This document shows positions 1 through 12,786 of a DNA stretch of 64,000 nt, one piece after another; within the stretch, counting starts at the first letter, position 1, and every line of letters begins with the position of its first letter. Position numbers and translations under genes: made by a program. Source of the DNA: Eledone cirrhosa (Eukaryota); NCBI GenBank assembly GCA_964016885.1, contig OZ024742.1, forward strand, positions 51,398,001 through 51,462,000, written 5' to 3'. The notes below the pieces were generated by a model that worked only from the letters and a program-made list of their open reading frames with translations, made no database searches and had not been told where the DNA came from.

Positions 1-1
1 C

Positions 2-133
2 GCAACGTGCGAAAAGGGAAATTTCGCAATTTCCCCCTTCTTTAAGATAAGGACGGACAACGAAAACTTCCGAAAATATACAGAAGAATTCTTTATTAGA
101 AAATACAAATCACTACTGAACACAAAAAAGTGA
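2..133 (+). mobile_element. 3' end of a Penelope-like element ORF (GIY-YIG endonuclease C-terminus), cut by window edge
   Basis: Frame 2 reads ATCEKGNFAISPFFKIRTDNENFRKYTEEFFIRKYKSLLNTKK*, matching the R..E..FI....LN end of PLE GIY-YIG domains. Confidence 0.6.
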
Positions 134-331
134 TATTCTATCTTCAAGCAACGGGATTCTTCCCCTCTCTTTTCTTTAAAAAATTCTCATATTGAAAAAG
201 AAAAATAGCTGATGACACCCGTACTTTCAAACATTCGATCGCTGAAGAGAAGAAAAACCCTCAGAGGTACAATAACATTTCATTAATTTCCACTTCCCCA
301 CACCAATGTATATATGAACTTAAACACTTGA

Positions 332-373
<42 letters not shown>

Positions 374-429
374 TGGCTGCCAACTCGTTTTCGAGTACGG
401 CCACTACTTTATATCCATGTAGGAGAACC

Positions 430-978
430 CCTACCGATGCGCTGAACGAATGTGACTTTAGTCCAGCCAGCGACTTGAAAACTCTGGTACAAAGACTACA
501 CTTGTGACCATTATTGACACATAGTGCAGGGCCCATGGTACCATGTGATGACAAGTGCAGAGAGATCTCCAGATATAAAGCAATGCCTGTGCTGTGAAGC
601 TTTTATAGTGAGCAAAGGCACTGCACAAAGCCAGTCCCACTCTCTTAACCAAGATGATATTTACCAAAAAGAAGAACAAGTCAACATCATTGGATACCAT
701 CAGAGTTGCAGGTGTTATATCAGAGTTTTCCTTCTCCTAGAATTCTGCCTTGACAAAGGCTAAGGGGTCATCTCTCCCGGTGATTTTGGATGGCTATTGA
801 CTCTTAAGAGCTCCCTTGCCCTTTGACAGGTTTTGTTTTTAGTCCTGCAGGATGTCCAAAGTCACCCTCCTCACCAAGAAACCTTGGTGGGGTTGCCAGT
901 TTAGTCGCCAACGACCCGACCATGAGACAGGTTGTACTGGGATACATGTTACCAGTAGCACCAACTGGTGACCTGACA
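430..978 (-). mobile_element. Degenerate RTE-like LINE derivative (5'UTR-like part plus C-terminal C2H2 relic)
   Basis: Minus ORF 261-554 contains HKCSLCTRVFKSLAGLKSH, like the terminal zinc finger of RTE ORFs; flanked by (TA)n. Confidence 0.4.
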
Positions 979-1126
979 TAAATATATATATATATATATA
1001 TATGAATATAGACATAGAATATTCGAAAATATTCTGTATGTTTATAATAAACATTTTGAAGACCTAATCGCTATAGAATAGAATACGTCACGTATTACAA
1101 TTAGATTCTCGATAAAAGCAAGGGAA

Positions 1127-1169
1127 GTAATCTACGCGTTTCATTCTCGTTAGAAATCATCAGGACTAC
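1127..1169 (-). ncRNA. Type I hammerhead ribozyme, unit 1
   Basis: Minus: GUAGUC-CUGAUGA-UUUCU AACG AGAAU-GAAA-CGCG-UA-GAUUAC. Helix I GUAGUC/GAUUAC, extended by a perfect 16-bp inverted repeat 1105-1120/1178-1193. Confidence 0.85.
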
Positions 1170-1436
1170 ATATCCAGTGCTTTTATCGAGAATGACACAG
1201 CTAGAGACTTATAGAATACTTAGCTGTGTACAGGAACTGGTTTGAAAGAGCGGTTGCCGGTCCGGCAGAAATTAGAAATTGGAATAAATGCTCTGAAATA
1301 GCGATATATATGTGAATATAGACATAGAATATTCGAAAATATTCTGTATGTTTATAATAAACATTTTGAAGACCTAATCGCTATAGAATAGAATACGTCA
1401 CGTATTACAATTAGATTCTCGATAAAAGCAAGGGAA

Positions 1437-1479
1437 GTAATCTACGCGTTTCATTCTCGTTAGAAATCATCAGGACTAC
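1437..1479 (-). ncRNA. Type I hammerhead ribozyme, unit 2
   Basis: Same sequence as 1127-1169, shifted +310. Confidence 0.85.
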
Positions 1480-1746
1480 ATATCCAGTGCTTTTATCGAG
1501 AATGACACAGCTAGAGACTTATAGAATACTTAGCTGTGTACAGGAACTGGTTTGAAAGAGCGGTTGCCGGTCCGGCAGAAATTAGAAATTGGAATAAATG
1601 CTCTGAAATAGCGATATATATGTGAATATAGACATAGAATATTCGAAAATATTCTGTATGTTTATAATAAACATTTTGAAGACCTAATCGCTATAGAATA
1701 GAATACGTCACGTATTACAATTAGATTCTCGATAAAAGCAAGGGAA

Positions 1747-1789
1747 GTAATCTACGCGTTTCATTCTCGTTAGAAATCATCAGGACTAC
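1747..1789 (-). ncRNA. Type I hammerhead ribozyme, unit 3
   Basis: Same sequence as 1127-1169, shifted +620. Confidence 0.85.
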
Positions 1790-2056
1790 ATATCCAGTGC
1801 TTTTATCGAGAATGACACAGCTAGAGACTTATAGAATACTTAGCTGTGTACAGGAACTGGTTTGAAAGAGCGGTTGCCGGTCCGGCAGAAATTAGAAATT
1901 GGAATAAATGCTCTGAAATAGCGATATATATGTGAATATAGACATAGAATATTCGAAAATATTCTGTATGTTTATAATAAACATTTTGAAGACCTAATCG
2001 CTATAGAATAGAATACGTCACGTATTACAATTAGATTCTCGATAAAAGCAAGGGAA

Positions 2057-2099
2057 GTAATCTACGCGTTTCATTCTCGTTAGAAATCATCAGGACTAC
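2057..2099 (-). ncRNA. Type I hammerhead ribozyme, unit 4
   Basis: Same sequence as 1127-1169, shifted +930. Confidence 0.85.
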
Positions 2100-2294
2100 A
2101 TATCCAGTGCTTTTATCGAGAATGACACAGCTAGAGACTTATAGAATACTTAGCTGTGTACAGGAACTGGTTTGAAAGAGCGGTTGCCGGTCCGGCAGAA
2201 ATTAGAAATTGGAATAAATGCTCTGAAATAGCGATATATATGTGAATATAGACATAGAATATTCGAAAATATTCTGTATGTTTATTATAAACAT

Positions 2295-2349
2295 ATGTAT
2301 ATATGTATGTGTGTGTGTATGTATGTGTATGTGTGTGTGTATCTGTGTG

Positions 2350-2380
<31 letters not shown>

Positions 2381-2411
2381 ATCTGTGTATATGTATATGT
2401 GTATGTATGTG

Positions 2412-2480
<69 letters not shown>

Positions 2481-2655
2481 GTGTATATGTATTGTATATG
2501 TATGTATGTATGTATGTGTGTATGTATGTGTGTGTACATGAATATATATTTATATTTATATATATTTATATATTTTTTATATATGTGTGTGTGTTTTTAT
2601 GTGTGTATATGTGTTTGTGTGTGTGTTTATGGTTGCGCGTAAGTGTGTGAGTGAG
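2295..2655. repeat. (TA)n/(TG)n/(TATG)n compound microsatellite, one of many in the window
   Basis: Direct reading; explains the YI/CV/TH-rich spurious ORFs. Confidence 0.95.
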
Positions 2656-2689
2656 TATGTGTTTTTTTGTTTTTTTGTTTTTTTGTGAA

Positions 2690-3214
2690 TGTGTCTGTTG
2701 ATTTTTGGCATATAGTTGATTAGTTTAAGAGAAGTTCGAAGATAATAGTAAGATATGCACTCAGTATTTTGAATCTGTCTGCAGAATTCTCTGGACCTTT
2801 GTCACTTAGTAGAACCTTAATGACTTTAGCTTTTAAAGAATCTCCCTTCTCTTTAATTCTATCGACCATGACTGACCCCCCACTGACTTTATAGACATCT
2901 GTTAGCTTAAGAGAAACTTATTGACAAGGAATGGTATGCCATCCGGAACCCGTTTATAGAATTCTGTCTGCCTTTGTTACTCTAAAAACATAAATAAATA
3001 TAAATAAAAATAAAAATAAACTATAGCTTTGTAGAATTAGCTTTTAATGAATTCCCTTTTCTATCAACCAATGACCTGCACCCATCCCACCCCCCACCCT
3101 CTCCTACCACTTGTAGAGACCTATAAATACCATATTTATTTTTTGATACCCAGATTCCTGATGATTTCTAATGAATGAAACAGTTCTAGTCCTGTAGATT
3201 CTCTTCTATATTAA

Positions 3215-3252
<38 letters not shown>

Positions 3253-3760
3253 ATATGTGTATATGTGCTTGAATATGTTTCTATATGTGTGTGTCTGTGA
3301 ATGTGCCTGTAGACACCTGAAATATAGTTTAAGAGAAACATGACAATTTGGACAGGCACCCAATATTTGAACTTGTTTATAGAACTCTCTCTGCCTTTGT
3401 CACTCTAATTAGAGCTTTAAAGATGACTGACCCCCAACGATCTTATAGACACCTGAAATATAGGCATTGTTGGCTTAAGAGAAACTTAAAATTAAGGAGT
3501 GGCACCCCAATTTGAACTTCTTTATAGAATTATTTCTGCCTTTGTCACTCTAAATATAAATGATAGCTTTAAAGAATTAGCTTTTAATGAATTCCCTTTT
3601 CTTTCAACCGATGACCTCCACCCATCCCACTCTCCACCCTCTCCTACGACCAGAAAAGATATAAATACCACCAAATTTATTGTGACAGTCAGATTCATGA
3701 TGTTTTCTCAATAATGAAACAGTTCTAGTCCTGTAGAATCTCATCTATATTTAAAAAAAA
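2690..3760 (+). repeat. Diverged ~540-bp partial tandem duplication with an HHR at the end of each unit (pLTR-like)
   Basis: gaattagcttttaatgaattccctttt...gaaacagttctagtcctgtaga occurs near 3033-3198 and 3573-3737. Confidence 0.7.
3152..3202 (+). ncRNA. Type I hammerhead ribozyme (decayed paralogue at 3691-3741)
   Basis: AGAUUC-CUGAUGA-UUUC UAAU GAAU-GAAA-CAG uucuaguc CUG-UA-GAUUCU. The paralogue has perfect helix I (GAAUCU) but a mutated core (AUGAUGU). Confidence 0.75.
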
Positions 3761-3908
3761 AAAATATATATATATATTTTAATATAGATGAGATTCTACA
3801 TATATATATATATATATATAATGTAGGAGGTGAGTTTTATTGTAGTACAATAAAGCAATGCAGATATCGGATAAGAAGCACTCTGCAGTTTGTAGGACTG
3901 GAGTATAC

Positions 3909-4106
3909 ATAATATATAAGATCAAAAGATGGTTAAAGGAGTTCCATGTATTTTATTATGCGCATTTCAAAAACAAACATCATCATGCAATAATATTTGT
4001 GTTTATCTGATGAAAACACAAATATTATTGCATGATGATGTTTGTTTTTGAAATGCGCATAATAAAATACATGGAACTCCTTTAACCATCTTTTGATCTT
4101 ATATAT

Positions 4107-4109
<3 letters not shown>
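3909..4109. repeat. Perfect palindrome with 96-bp arms and 9-nt spacer ATCTGATGA
   Basis: 3909-4004 is the reverse complement of 4014-4109. Confidence 0.9.
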
Positions 4110-4139
<30 letters not shown>

Positions 4140-4156
4140 ATGTATATGTATCTATG

Positions 4157-4247
<91 letters not shown>

Positions 4248-4258
4248 ATGTATATGTA

Positions 4259-4311
<53 letters not shown>

Positions 4312-6557
4312 ATATAGGTATGTATGTATGTGTTGATATGTGTGTGTGTATGTGTTTGTATGTAATACATGTGGCCTGTAGATATATTTACATATAGGGA
4401 AGTAAATATGTGAGCCACCATGCCCCCCTCCCACACACACACACTTCCTCTCCCAAACCAATATCAATAACACATCGTTGACAAATGTTCCCAAACTATC
4501 CTTCTTTTCTCTTTTTTCCTGTCATCCCATTCGTATCAAAAGACATGTATCTCACACCACATTAAAACCCAGACAAGCACCTAAATTTATCTTTGATATA
4601 GAAATTTGTTGAAGATATACTTTATGGGTTTGGAATAGTTGATTCAGCTATGCCATTATATATTCATCAAAGGTCAGCTAATGAAATAACACCAGCAGGA
4701 GAGTATGTTTACAACCACCTTCTCAAACACCCATATCTTGCAACCTCACTATTTTCTGAGTGTATATATATGTGTGTCTGTACGTGTGTGTGTATGTATG
4801 TATGCTTTAATTCCTCCGGACCTTCATCGTCATCAAAACTCGTTAACACCAAACACTTCATCCCAGACACATTCAAATCTCTCTTATATATAGTCACACA
4901 TTTCCACACAACATGATCTCAGTTTGACAATCGCCACAGACAGACGAATGCGAGAAAGTTCTCCAACCCAAGTTAACCAGGAATCTTTAAAATTCTTCCC
5001 ACCGAAGTTAACAAAGAACTTACTGGATATACCAACTCATAATATTATAATATAAAATTAAATCAAAAATTCTTTAACACTACAAGTGAAGTCATTCTTT
5101 TCCTTTTCTTCAAATATATATATACACACACACATATATATATATATGTATATATATATATATGTGTTATGTGTGTGTGTGTGTGTGCGTGCGTGTACGC
5201 GTGTGAGTAAATAATCAATGCGTAAATCAGAAATTCCAGGCAGCAGGTTGTTGTTCGAACGCTGTAACACAAGGAATAAATAGCCTGCCCTATTCATCTG
5301 CATTTCAAACAATGTTAGTGTGCTTTCTATAATTGAGGCTTTGAACGTGAATCTTCCACAGTGTTTTAACTGTAAATTTGGCTGGAGTCAGAGGATAGTT
5401 GTAAAAAGATATAATGATATATGAATATCTATTATAGAAGAATCGAAATTTTATATTTGCCAAACAACAAAGGTCATTTATCTATGGTCAAATTTTATAC
5501 TTACCGATTTTATGCATTGCGAAGACGAATTTGAAAGAGAATGAGAATATTTTATTACATGACTTTTTGTCGAATCATCAATATTGATCTATTCTCGATT
5601 CTGTTAGTTTGAAGGTGAAAGTGAAGAGATAATTTAATTTAATTCATTTCACAGACAACTGAAATTTTCTCTGCCAAAGACGCATTGGCTTTTGATGTTT
5701 GAAAATCATCTGAAGACATTAAAAGCGATAGTATAGGTTCATAACCTCCAGTTTGGAGCAATATATGGGGTTAAGTTTGATGATATACATGCAACAAATT
5801 CTCCTGTTGTTAAAAGCTAAATGAACAATAGTGAAATAAGGTAGAGATGGAGAACCTAACTAGATGAGAGAGTGAAGAGAGTGTGACGGAGATAGGAGAA
5901 TGCAGACGAAGCCAAATGATCAATCCTGAAATATAGTAGGAAATAGGGAGAACGTGAGTTAGGCGTGATATATAGAAGATAAATACATAGGTGGAACAAT
6001 AATATGAACCGATATAATAACATGGAATGCGTGATAGAGAGAGTAAAAGAATGAGGGAATATATGAACAAACATGAAATATGGACAGCTTCGTGATAATG
6101 GAATCAATAAAATTGAAAGTACATGCAAGAAATATAATTGTAAAACATCATTAATAACCATCGGCAAATATTCAACGAAATAAAATTTGGCATTAGAAAA
6201 CTTTAAATTTTGGAACATATAACAACACACATTGCTAAAGAACTCCGGATGCTATAACCATCATTACTGTTGAGAATATTACGCAAAACACATCACATCT
6301 CAATCGTTACTAAAGTGATTGATACGAGAGATTCCATTTGACTATAATATATCTTTACATCATCATAAACGCTAATATCATCGCCACCTGCGCCACAGCC
6401 ATATCAGCTATATGAAATTCTATTAGAGAAAACTTATTATTATGTTCACAAACAAGGCAATGCAACCAAGATAATCATCAATATCATCGTTTTATATTTT
6501 ATAGAACAGAAGCAATGAAGTCTTCACAACCTGTTACCATCATCATTATTATTATTA

Positions 6558-7730
6558 TGTGGCTAATGATGCGCAGACATGCGCTGAGGCTGCGACATCT
6601 CCAAATATTCTGCCTAAACGGTGAACAGGTGTGGTCGCCGTTTATCAGACGGGCCTTTCCGCAGCTTGTTTCTTTTACTGAGCTGCAGTCCTGGGTCAAG
6701 AAGAGACGAAGACTGGGTTGGGCGACTGGCACCTGGAATGTTGCCAGGTACTCACTGCCCTCTACTAAGCGGGCAATGCGATCAGTGGAACTTCCAATCT
6801 CGAGTTCTAGAGAGGATTAGTGGTGGGCAAGAGCGATGACGCACTCGGAGAAGCACTGGGCCTCGACGAAGTCGAACTGACCAGTCTGTTCCGAAGGACT
6901 TTCGAGCTGGGTATAATGGACAATTTCCAGAAATCCCTCGCTTGGCAGTGCTACCGGGGGGGGGGGGGGGGGGGCACTGCCTGTTCGAGATAAACTATAC
7001 AGGCACGGAAGTGCTGTCAGACGGACCTGCCCAATATGCGCACAGAGCGACGAAACCATTCTGCACGCACGTGTCCAATGTCCGCGCAATACTGGCTTGT
7101 GGTGTTATGTTGAACAGCTATTGTCGCGTGTAGAACGGATCCGGCTATCGGCCGAGTCCATAGTGAAGACCGACCCGCTGCTTTCCTTTGGTCAGGAAAA
7201 GCAGACAATTTTCCTCTATTGGCAGTTGCCAAAGAGGTTATATGGTGAACCGGATTGAAAGGACTGAAGACAGACACTTTTCCTTTGGCCAATTCCTCAT
7301 CAACTTCTTCAAGTTTCACCTGGAAAGCAAGGTGAGGGTGGAGACAAAAGTGGTGCCCCACAATATATTTGCTAAAAGGTGGATGAATGTGGCGAGAATT
7401 GCTCGTGTGAATGGGCCTACTCTGACCATGCACGGATTGGCTAGCTATTTTGAGTAGGAGAGGGGTGCTCTCTCCGGATGCCCTAGAAGCCCAGGGTCGT
7501 TCAGGATTGGTGTGGTACCTGAGTCACAGAAGGATTGCCCCCACACCACACACATATAGGGGAATTTAATTTGTTATATTTATACATAGTTTATCTTATA
7601 TTTTTTATATCTTCATTGTTAAATTAATCTTGCCATTGTGCACTTTTGCGCGAGCTTATTTTAAACACCCACTGTCCGTGTCTTTGTATTGTCCCCTACA
7701 TGTCGGACCTTGTGTCCAATAAATTAAATC
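6558..7730 (+). mobile_element. 5'-truncated Tx1/L1-like LINE (ORF2 C-terminus plus 3'UTR)
   Basis: WLMMRRHALRLRHL and CPICAQSDETILH zinc-knuckle region homologous to 17520-18300; AATAAA then (ATT)n. Confidence 0.8.

Positions 7731-7790
<60 letters not shown>
7731..7790. repeat. (ATT)n tract between two LINE 3' ends
   Basis: Direct reading. Confidence 0.95.
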
Positions 7791-7792
<2 letters not shown>

Positions 7793-10700
7793 AGTTGCAT
7801 TTATCTTGCTTTATGTTCATACGAGTTATCACCAAGTCACAACCAGTGACCTCAAGAGACAACAAGGTCCGCCATGTTCAAGAAAGAACATACATACTCA
7901 CCCATGCATCTTTAGTGTTTAGACTTGTGATGTACTTATATTGACAGAATCTTCCTTAGTATATGGGCAGTTCCCATTAGTACTATCTTTTGTATTTCTC
8001 CTATACGCAGGTTTCCTGGGATTTGCTATATGTAATCATTAGACCCCTTAGGTATCATTCCCAGAGTGCCTACAAACACTGGTATTGTTTTAGTTCTCAA
8101 TTACCACATTTTTCCAATTTCTATTTCCAGGTCCTTATACTTGCTCAATTTTTCAAATGTTTTTATAGATACATTCTTGTCTATTGGAACGGACATATCA
8201 ATTAGCAGGCATACCCTCTTTTTAAAGTCCTTCAATATTATATCAGGTCTATTTGCATCTATTTTTCGGTCTGTTTGGATGGTAAAGTTCGACAAGATTG
8301 AGATGTGATCTTTTTCAAGTATGGGAGGTAGTTGATGCTCCCACCAATTCTTTTGATGGGGCAGGTCAAAATGCTTACACATTATCCAATGTATGTATTG
8401 TGCAGCTCTGTCATGCCTGTTTAGGTATTCGGTTGGAGCTATAGGACTGCACATTGAAATTATATGGTCAATGGTCTCTGGTTGTTTTTTGCATACACGG
8501 CATAATGGGCTGCATCCATTTTTTATTATGTTGGCTTGGTAATTTATTGTTGGAAGACACTGATCTTGTGCTGATATAATCAGTCCTTCAGTCTCCGATT
8601 TCAGTCCAGAGGATGCCAACCACTGATGGGTTAAAGTTTTGTCAACGTCAGGATTGTTAGCTCGCTCTGGGTATTTTCCATACAGAGGCTTTTCTTGCCA
8701 TTTCTTAGCCAGTTTCTGTAGCAGTTCTTTCTTTGCAGTTACTTTTACCTGCTTTGCTTTTTCTGTGTTTTCCATTTCAGCAGTAAATGGGACTTCTGAA
8801 ATTTGTAGTCCATTACTGTATCTTTGTGCATTTTTGTAATGGAATATGATCTTTTGATGCTTTCGTGTTTCAAAACGAGTTGGATCATCCAATCATGTGA
8901 TTCCCTTAGATATGTAGATAATCCAATTGTTGCAGTTTTCAACGCAATTTCTAACTGGATTAACCCACGTCCTCCTTCTTTCCTAGGGAGATATATTCTA
9001 TCTATATCTGCCTTAGGGTGATGCATTCTGTGCATGGTTAAGAATTTTCGAATTTTTGTATCGAGCCTACGGACCTCTGTGCTTGACCAGTTGATGACAT
9101 TGTAACTGTAGGTTACTACTGGTATGGCAAGCTTGTTTATGGCATCGATCCTATTCCTTGCATTCAATTCCGTTCTTAAGACAGCTCTTACTCTGCGGTA
9201 ACATTCCTTCCTTATCCTTTCCCTCATTGTCGAGTGTTTGATTCCGTCTCCTTCACAAACACCTAGATATTTGTAAGTTTTTTCTTGATCAAGTTCTCTT
9301 ATCACGTTCCCCCGATCAAGATTAATGTCTGAACTCTTCAGCAGCTTTCCTCTGGTGAACGTTGCTTTGGCGCATTTATCTAGTCCAAACTCCATTTTAG
9401 TGTCATCACTGAACTGCTCCACAGTGAATAATAGCCCTTGCAATTGTTCATCATTTTTTGCAAATAGTTTCAGGTCATCCATGTAGAACAAGTGATTAAT
9501 GGTTTTGTCATAGACTTTATATCCATGTTTTATTTCATTGAGCATTTTACTTAATGGTATAAGTGAGATGCAGAATAAAAGCGGTGATAAAGAGTCACCC
9601 TGAAACATTCAACAATTAATATTAACTTCTCCAGCTTCCAGTGATTTTGTTTCACTATTCAAAAGGAGTGTTGTTTTCCATGTCTTCATACTGAATGACA
9701 AAAACCTCCTGACAACGGGGGATATTTTGAAAATCTCTAAACATGTTTCAATCCAACTGTGTGGCAAACTATCGAATGTTTTTTTATAATCTATCCAAGC
9801 AATCGATAGATTTTCGTGTCTATTATGACAATCTTCCAGTATCATTTTGTTAACCAGAAGCTGATCCTTACAGCCATATGAGCCTCGTTTACACCCTTTC
9901 TGCTCAATGGGAAATAGATCATTTGTTATCAGGTGGTCATATGTGTATTCAGTTAGGACTGATGTTAAAAATTTATACATTGTGGTCAAGCAGTTATCGG
10001 TCTGTAATTTTGGGGATTGTTTGTCTCATCATTCTTCGGAAGCAGGAATGTAATGCCGTTAACGAGCCATGATGGTATCTTTTCTGGCTCCTTAACTATT
10101 TTATTGTAAAGTTGGGCTAACAGCTCATGAGACTCTGTGAAGGCATTTATCCAAAAGTTTTGTATTTTGTCTTTTCCTGGGGATTACCATTTGCTGGTTT
10201 TTCTTAGAGCCAAGCGCAACTGTTCAACTGTTATATTCTCCCATATTTGTTCCTCAAGGTGAGCTGTATCTTTCATTTGTCTGTCTATCCATGGGGCATG
10301 TATGTTATGAACTTTTTCTTCGGCCCAGATCATTTCCCAGAATTCTTGCACTTCCTCCTTGGGTTTGTATTGATTTAGCAGTTATTGTTGACTAACCAAT
10401 TTTTCTGTAGAAGTTTCTTTGGTTGTTTTTGAACATATTATTGTCCTCATAGAATCTAGATCGTTTTTCAAAGCGCCTTATACGAGCAGCTTTGGCCGAC
10501 ACTTTTTGCTTGATTATTTCTATCAGCATGTCTATGTCACTTGTTGATTTTATACAGTACTTTTTTTCAATTTTCTAAGTTTAGTTTGTTTAACATGTTC
10601 ACCTACTTTATAGTTTGTTAAAATTTCTATGTCAGATCGGAGAAGGTTTATTTGGCGATTGATGTTCTCTTGCCAAGTAGATTTCTTGTGGGAATTCCTT

Positions 10701-11750
10701 TGTTTTTTCATCTTCACTCCACATAAGTGAGTGGTGACTTTAGCAGATGCATAATAGAGATGATTTAAATCAGTAATGTTTAGTTTGTTTGTGATGATAA
10801 TGTTTTTGAGAATTATTGTAGTCTTGTGTATTATCTTTTGGTTCTGTTTGGAGTTCTGGATCTTAGGGAGGGTGTCTCGTTGCCCCATGTCAGATTCTTT
10901 CATTTTCACCCGTTCGATCATAATTTCGTCCTTCAAGTTGGCAAGTTCATTCTCATTCAATTCTTTATCATTTACGATCTCATTATTTTCATTTGGAGTT
11001 TCATCTTGAGCATGCTCTCCCTCCACTTTTTCGATCCTTTCTTTAATTTGTTCTGTTGCCAGTGATTCCGCCCCAACCCTGGGATTCGAAGTGTTACAAT
11101 TTACCTCATTTTCACTGACACATGTTTCATTTTCCCTTCGCTGACTTTGTGCTAATAGCTTGATCTGATCAATTTATATATCAGTTAGTAACTTTTTTCT
11201 TACAAGATTTCTTCGTATATTGGCTAGTTTGTTACTGTCAATATAGCCTCTGTTTTCGGGATGTTTCTTTTTCCAGTTGATATATGTCTGTTCTGTATTC
11301 GATGTATTTGATGGGTAGTACATGGCAGTGTAGAAAGCCTCAAGGACTTCTTTATTATCTTCCCTTGACCATTTTTCTCTCTTTTTCTTTGGATTTCTTG
11401 GTGGTGAGCATGGAGGGCCAACAGTAGGAGTATTCCGGTTATGGGAGGTCTCCAGCTCCGAAGTGATGGGAAGGTTTGAACCATTAGCTGATTTTTCGAC
11501 CCCAGTCTGGTTCCCCTCTGAGGGACGCGGCCCTTTTTTACCCGGGTGACGGCCGATCCGGTATGAGATTTTATCATTAGACATTTACTTTATTTTGTCG
11601 CGTTTTATCCTTATCCGCCAAGGGGTAATCATTCCGTGTTACCATTTCTAGAACGAGTGTCAACCAAGACTAGAGGGGTCGTTCTCTCCTAGAGACACGG
11701 CTATTCCCCGCCGGCCGCCATCCCGGTATTTCTTGGTCACGGGGTTTTCT
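7791..11750 (-). mobile_element. Near full-length Dong/R4-like non-LTR retrotransposon with restriction-like endonuclease
   Basis: RT motifs FQGDSLSPLLF and YMDDLKLF; CCHC CRVC..ETIDHIISMC; RLE motifs RHD, RPDII, LIDMSVP, K..KY; 3' end abuts (TAA)n. Confidence 0.9.
7936..11584 (-). pseudogene. Disrupted single ORF (RT plus CCHC plus RLE) of the Dong/R4-like element
   Basis: Split into ORFs 11174-11584, 10550-11026, 9609-9989, 8745-9608 and 8101-8892 by stops and frameshifts. Confidence 0.85.
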
Positions 11751-12737
11751 TTTTGTTGTTTTTTTTTTAAATTGTTATTATCATGAGTGGTTCCTTAATG
11801 TGAGCATTGAGTGGCTTAAGAATGAAATTATTAATAATTGTCTCCACTCCAGGCACAAGGCCAGCAATCACCCAGTGCATTACAATAATATAATATACTT
11901 TTTGCTGAAGTTGCCTGTTATTGTTGTTGGCTATGTCGGTGGTGGTGCTGGGGCTTTTTATATTGTTGGTGAGGGAGGGGTGAGCCAGCAGTGCCATAAT
12001 TGTTGACGTTTGGCCGGTGGCCAGGTCACTAAGTCAATCTATTTATATCTTTTGCTAGCCTCTCCCTTGTCTAGTGATACCGCCACCTTCCCCTTTCTCA
12101 AGTTAACAGGGGAATAGTGGTGGTAGCAATGAAGGAGTGGTGGCGGCGGTGATGGGATAGTGGTAGCAATGATGGATGGAGTGGTGGCGGCGATGGCGTT
12201 GTCGTTACTGAGTTTTGAGACATGTAGTATCGATGAGTTTGTATCGCGTTTGTTTAATATATATTGTGTTGACATATTCCCGTAAAATTGGAATTAAACA
12301 TTTTGTTAAAACTTGAGACAATAATAATAGTAATTATTATTATGATGCTGGGATTGGTGGTGGTGGTGGTGAAATTGCCGTTATCTGGCTGTTATATTTA
12401 GTGTGATGGGGTAGGTGGTGTATCAAGTTTCTGTTCTTGGTGAAATTGCTGTTATTTGGCTGTTCTATATAGTGTAGACAGAAGGTGTTTTCTTCCATTT
12501 ATAACCATTTTCTTTTTTGAATACAAAATATATAATACAAAATTGAATATTTGAGCGATATAACAATATAATATGGATCCGAAATTTTATGGGACTTGAT
12601 TCGATGATTTATGCAACATTTGTACTAAGAATTGTTATTTCACAATTGATTTAAATATGTTAAAAATCAAAAACTTACGGGAGCGATTTCATGACATTCT
12701 ACCACCACGTGCGTCTTCTTCCCTTATTCTTCTTCCC

Positions 12738-12774
<37 letters not shown>

Positions 12775-12786
12775 TATTATTATAAA

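Larger units (their letters stand above)
1003..2294 (-). repeat. Tandem array of 4 full plus 1 partial 310-bp units, each carrying a hammerhead ribozyme (retrozyme-like)
   Basis: gacatagaat recurs at 1011, 1321, 1631, 1941 and 2251; units look identical; flanked by (TA)n and (TATG)n. Confidence 0.95.

Noticed and set aside
205-270. CTGATGA and CTGAAGA after the first PLE end
   Set aside because: I could not pair a helix II plus GAAA-helix III-UH
1003-2294. Tandem array as a CRISPR array or msDNA/retron-like locus
   Set aside because: Units are identical with no variable spacers, there are no cas or bacterial RT genes, and the context is eukaryotic
2242-2650. YI/CV/TH-rich ORFs here and at 4.1k, 24.4k, 26k, 38-40k and 58.6-60.3k
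   Set aside because: Translations of dinucleotide microsatellites
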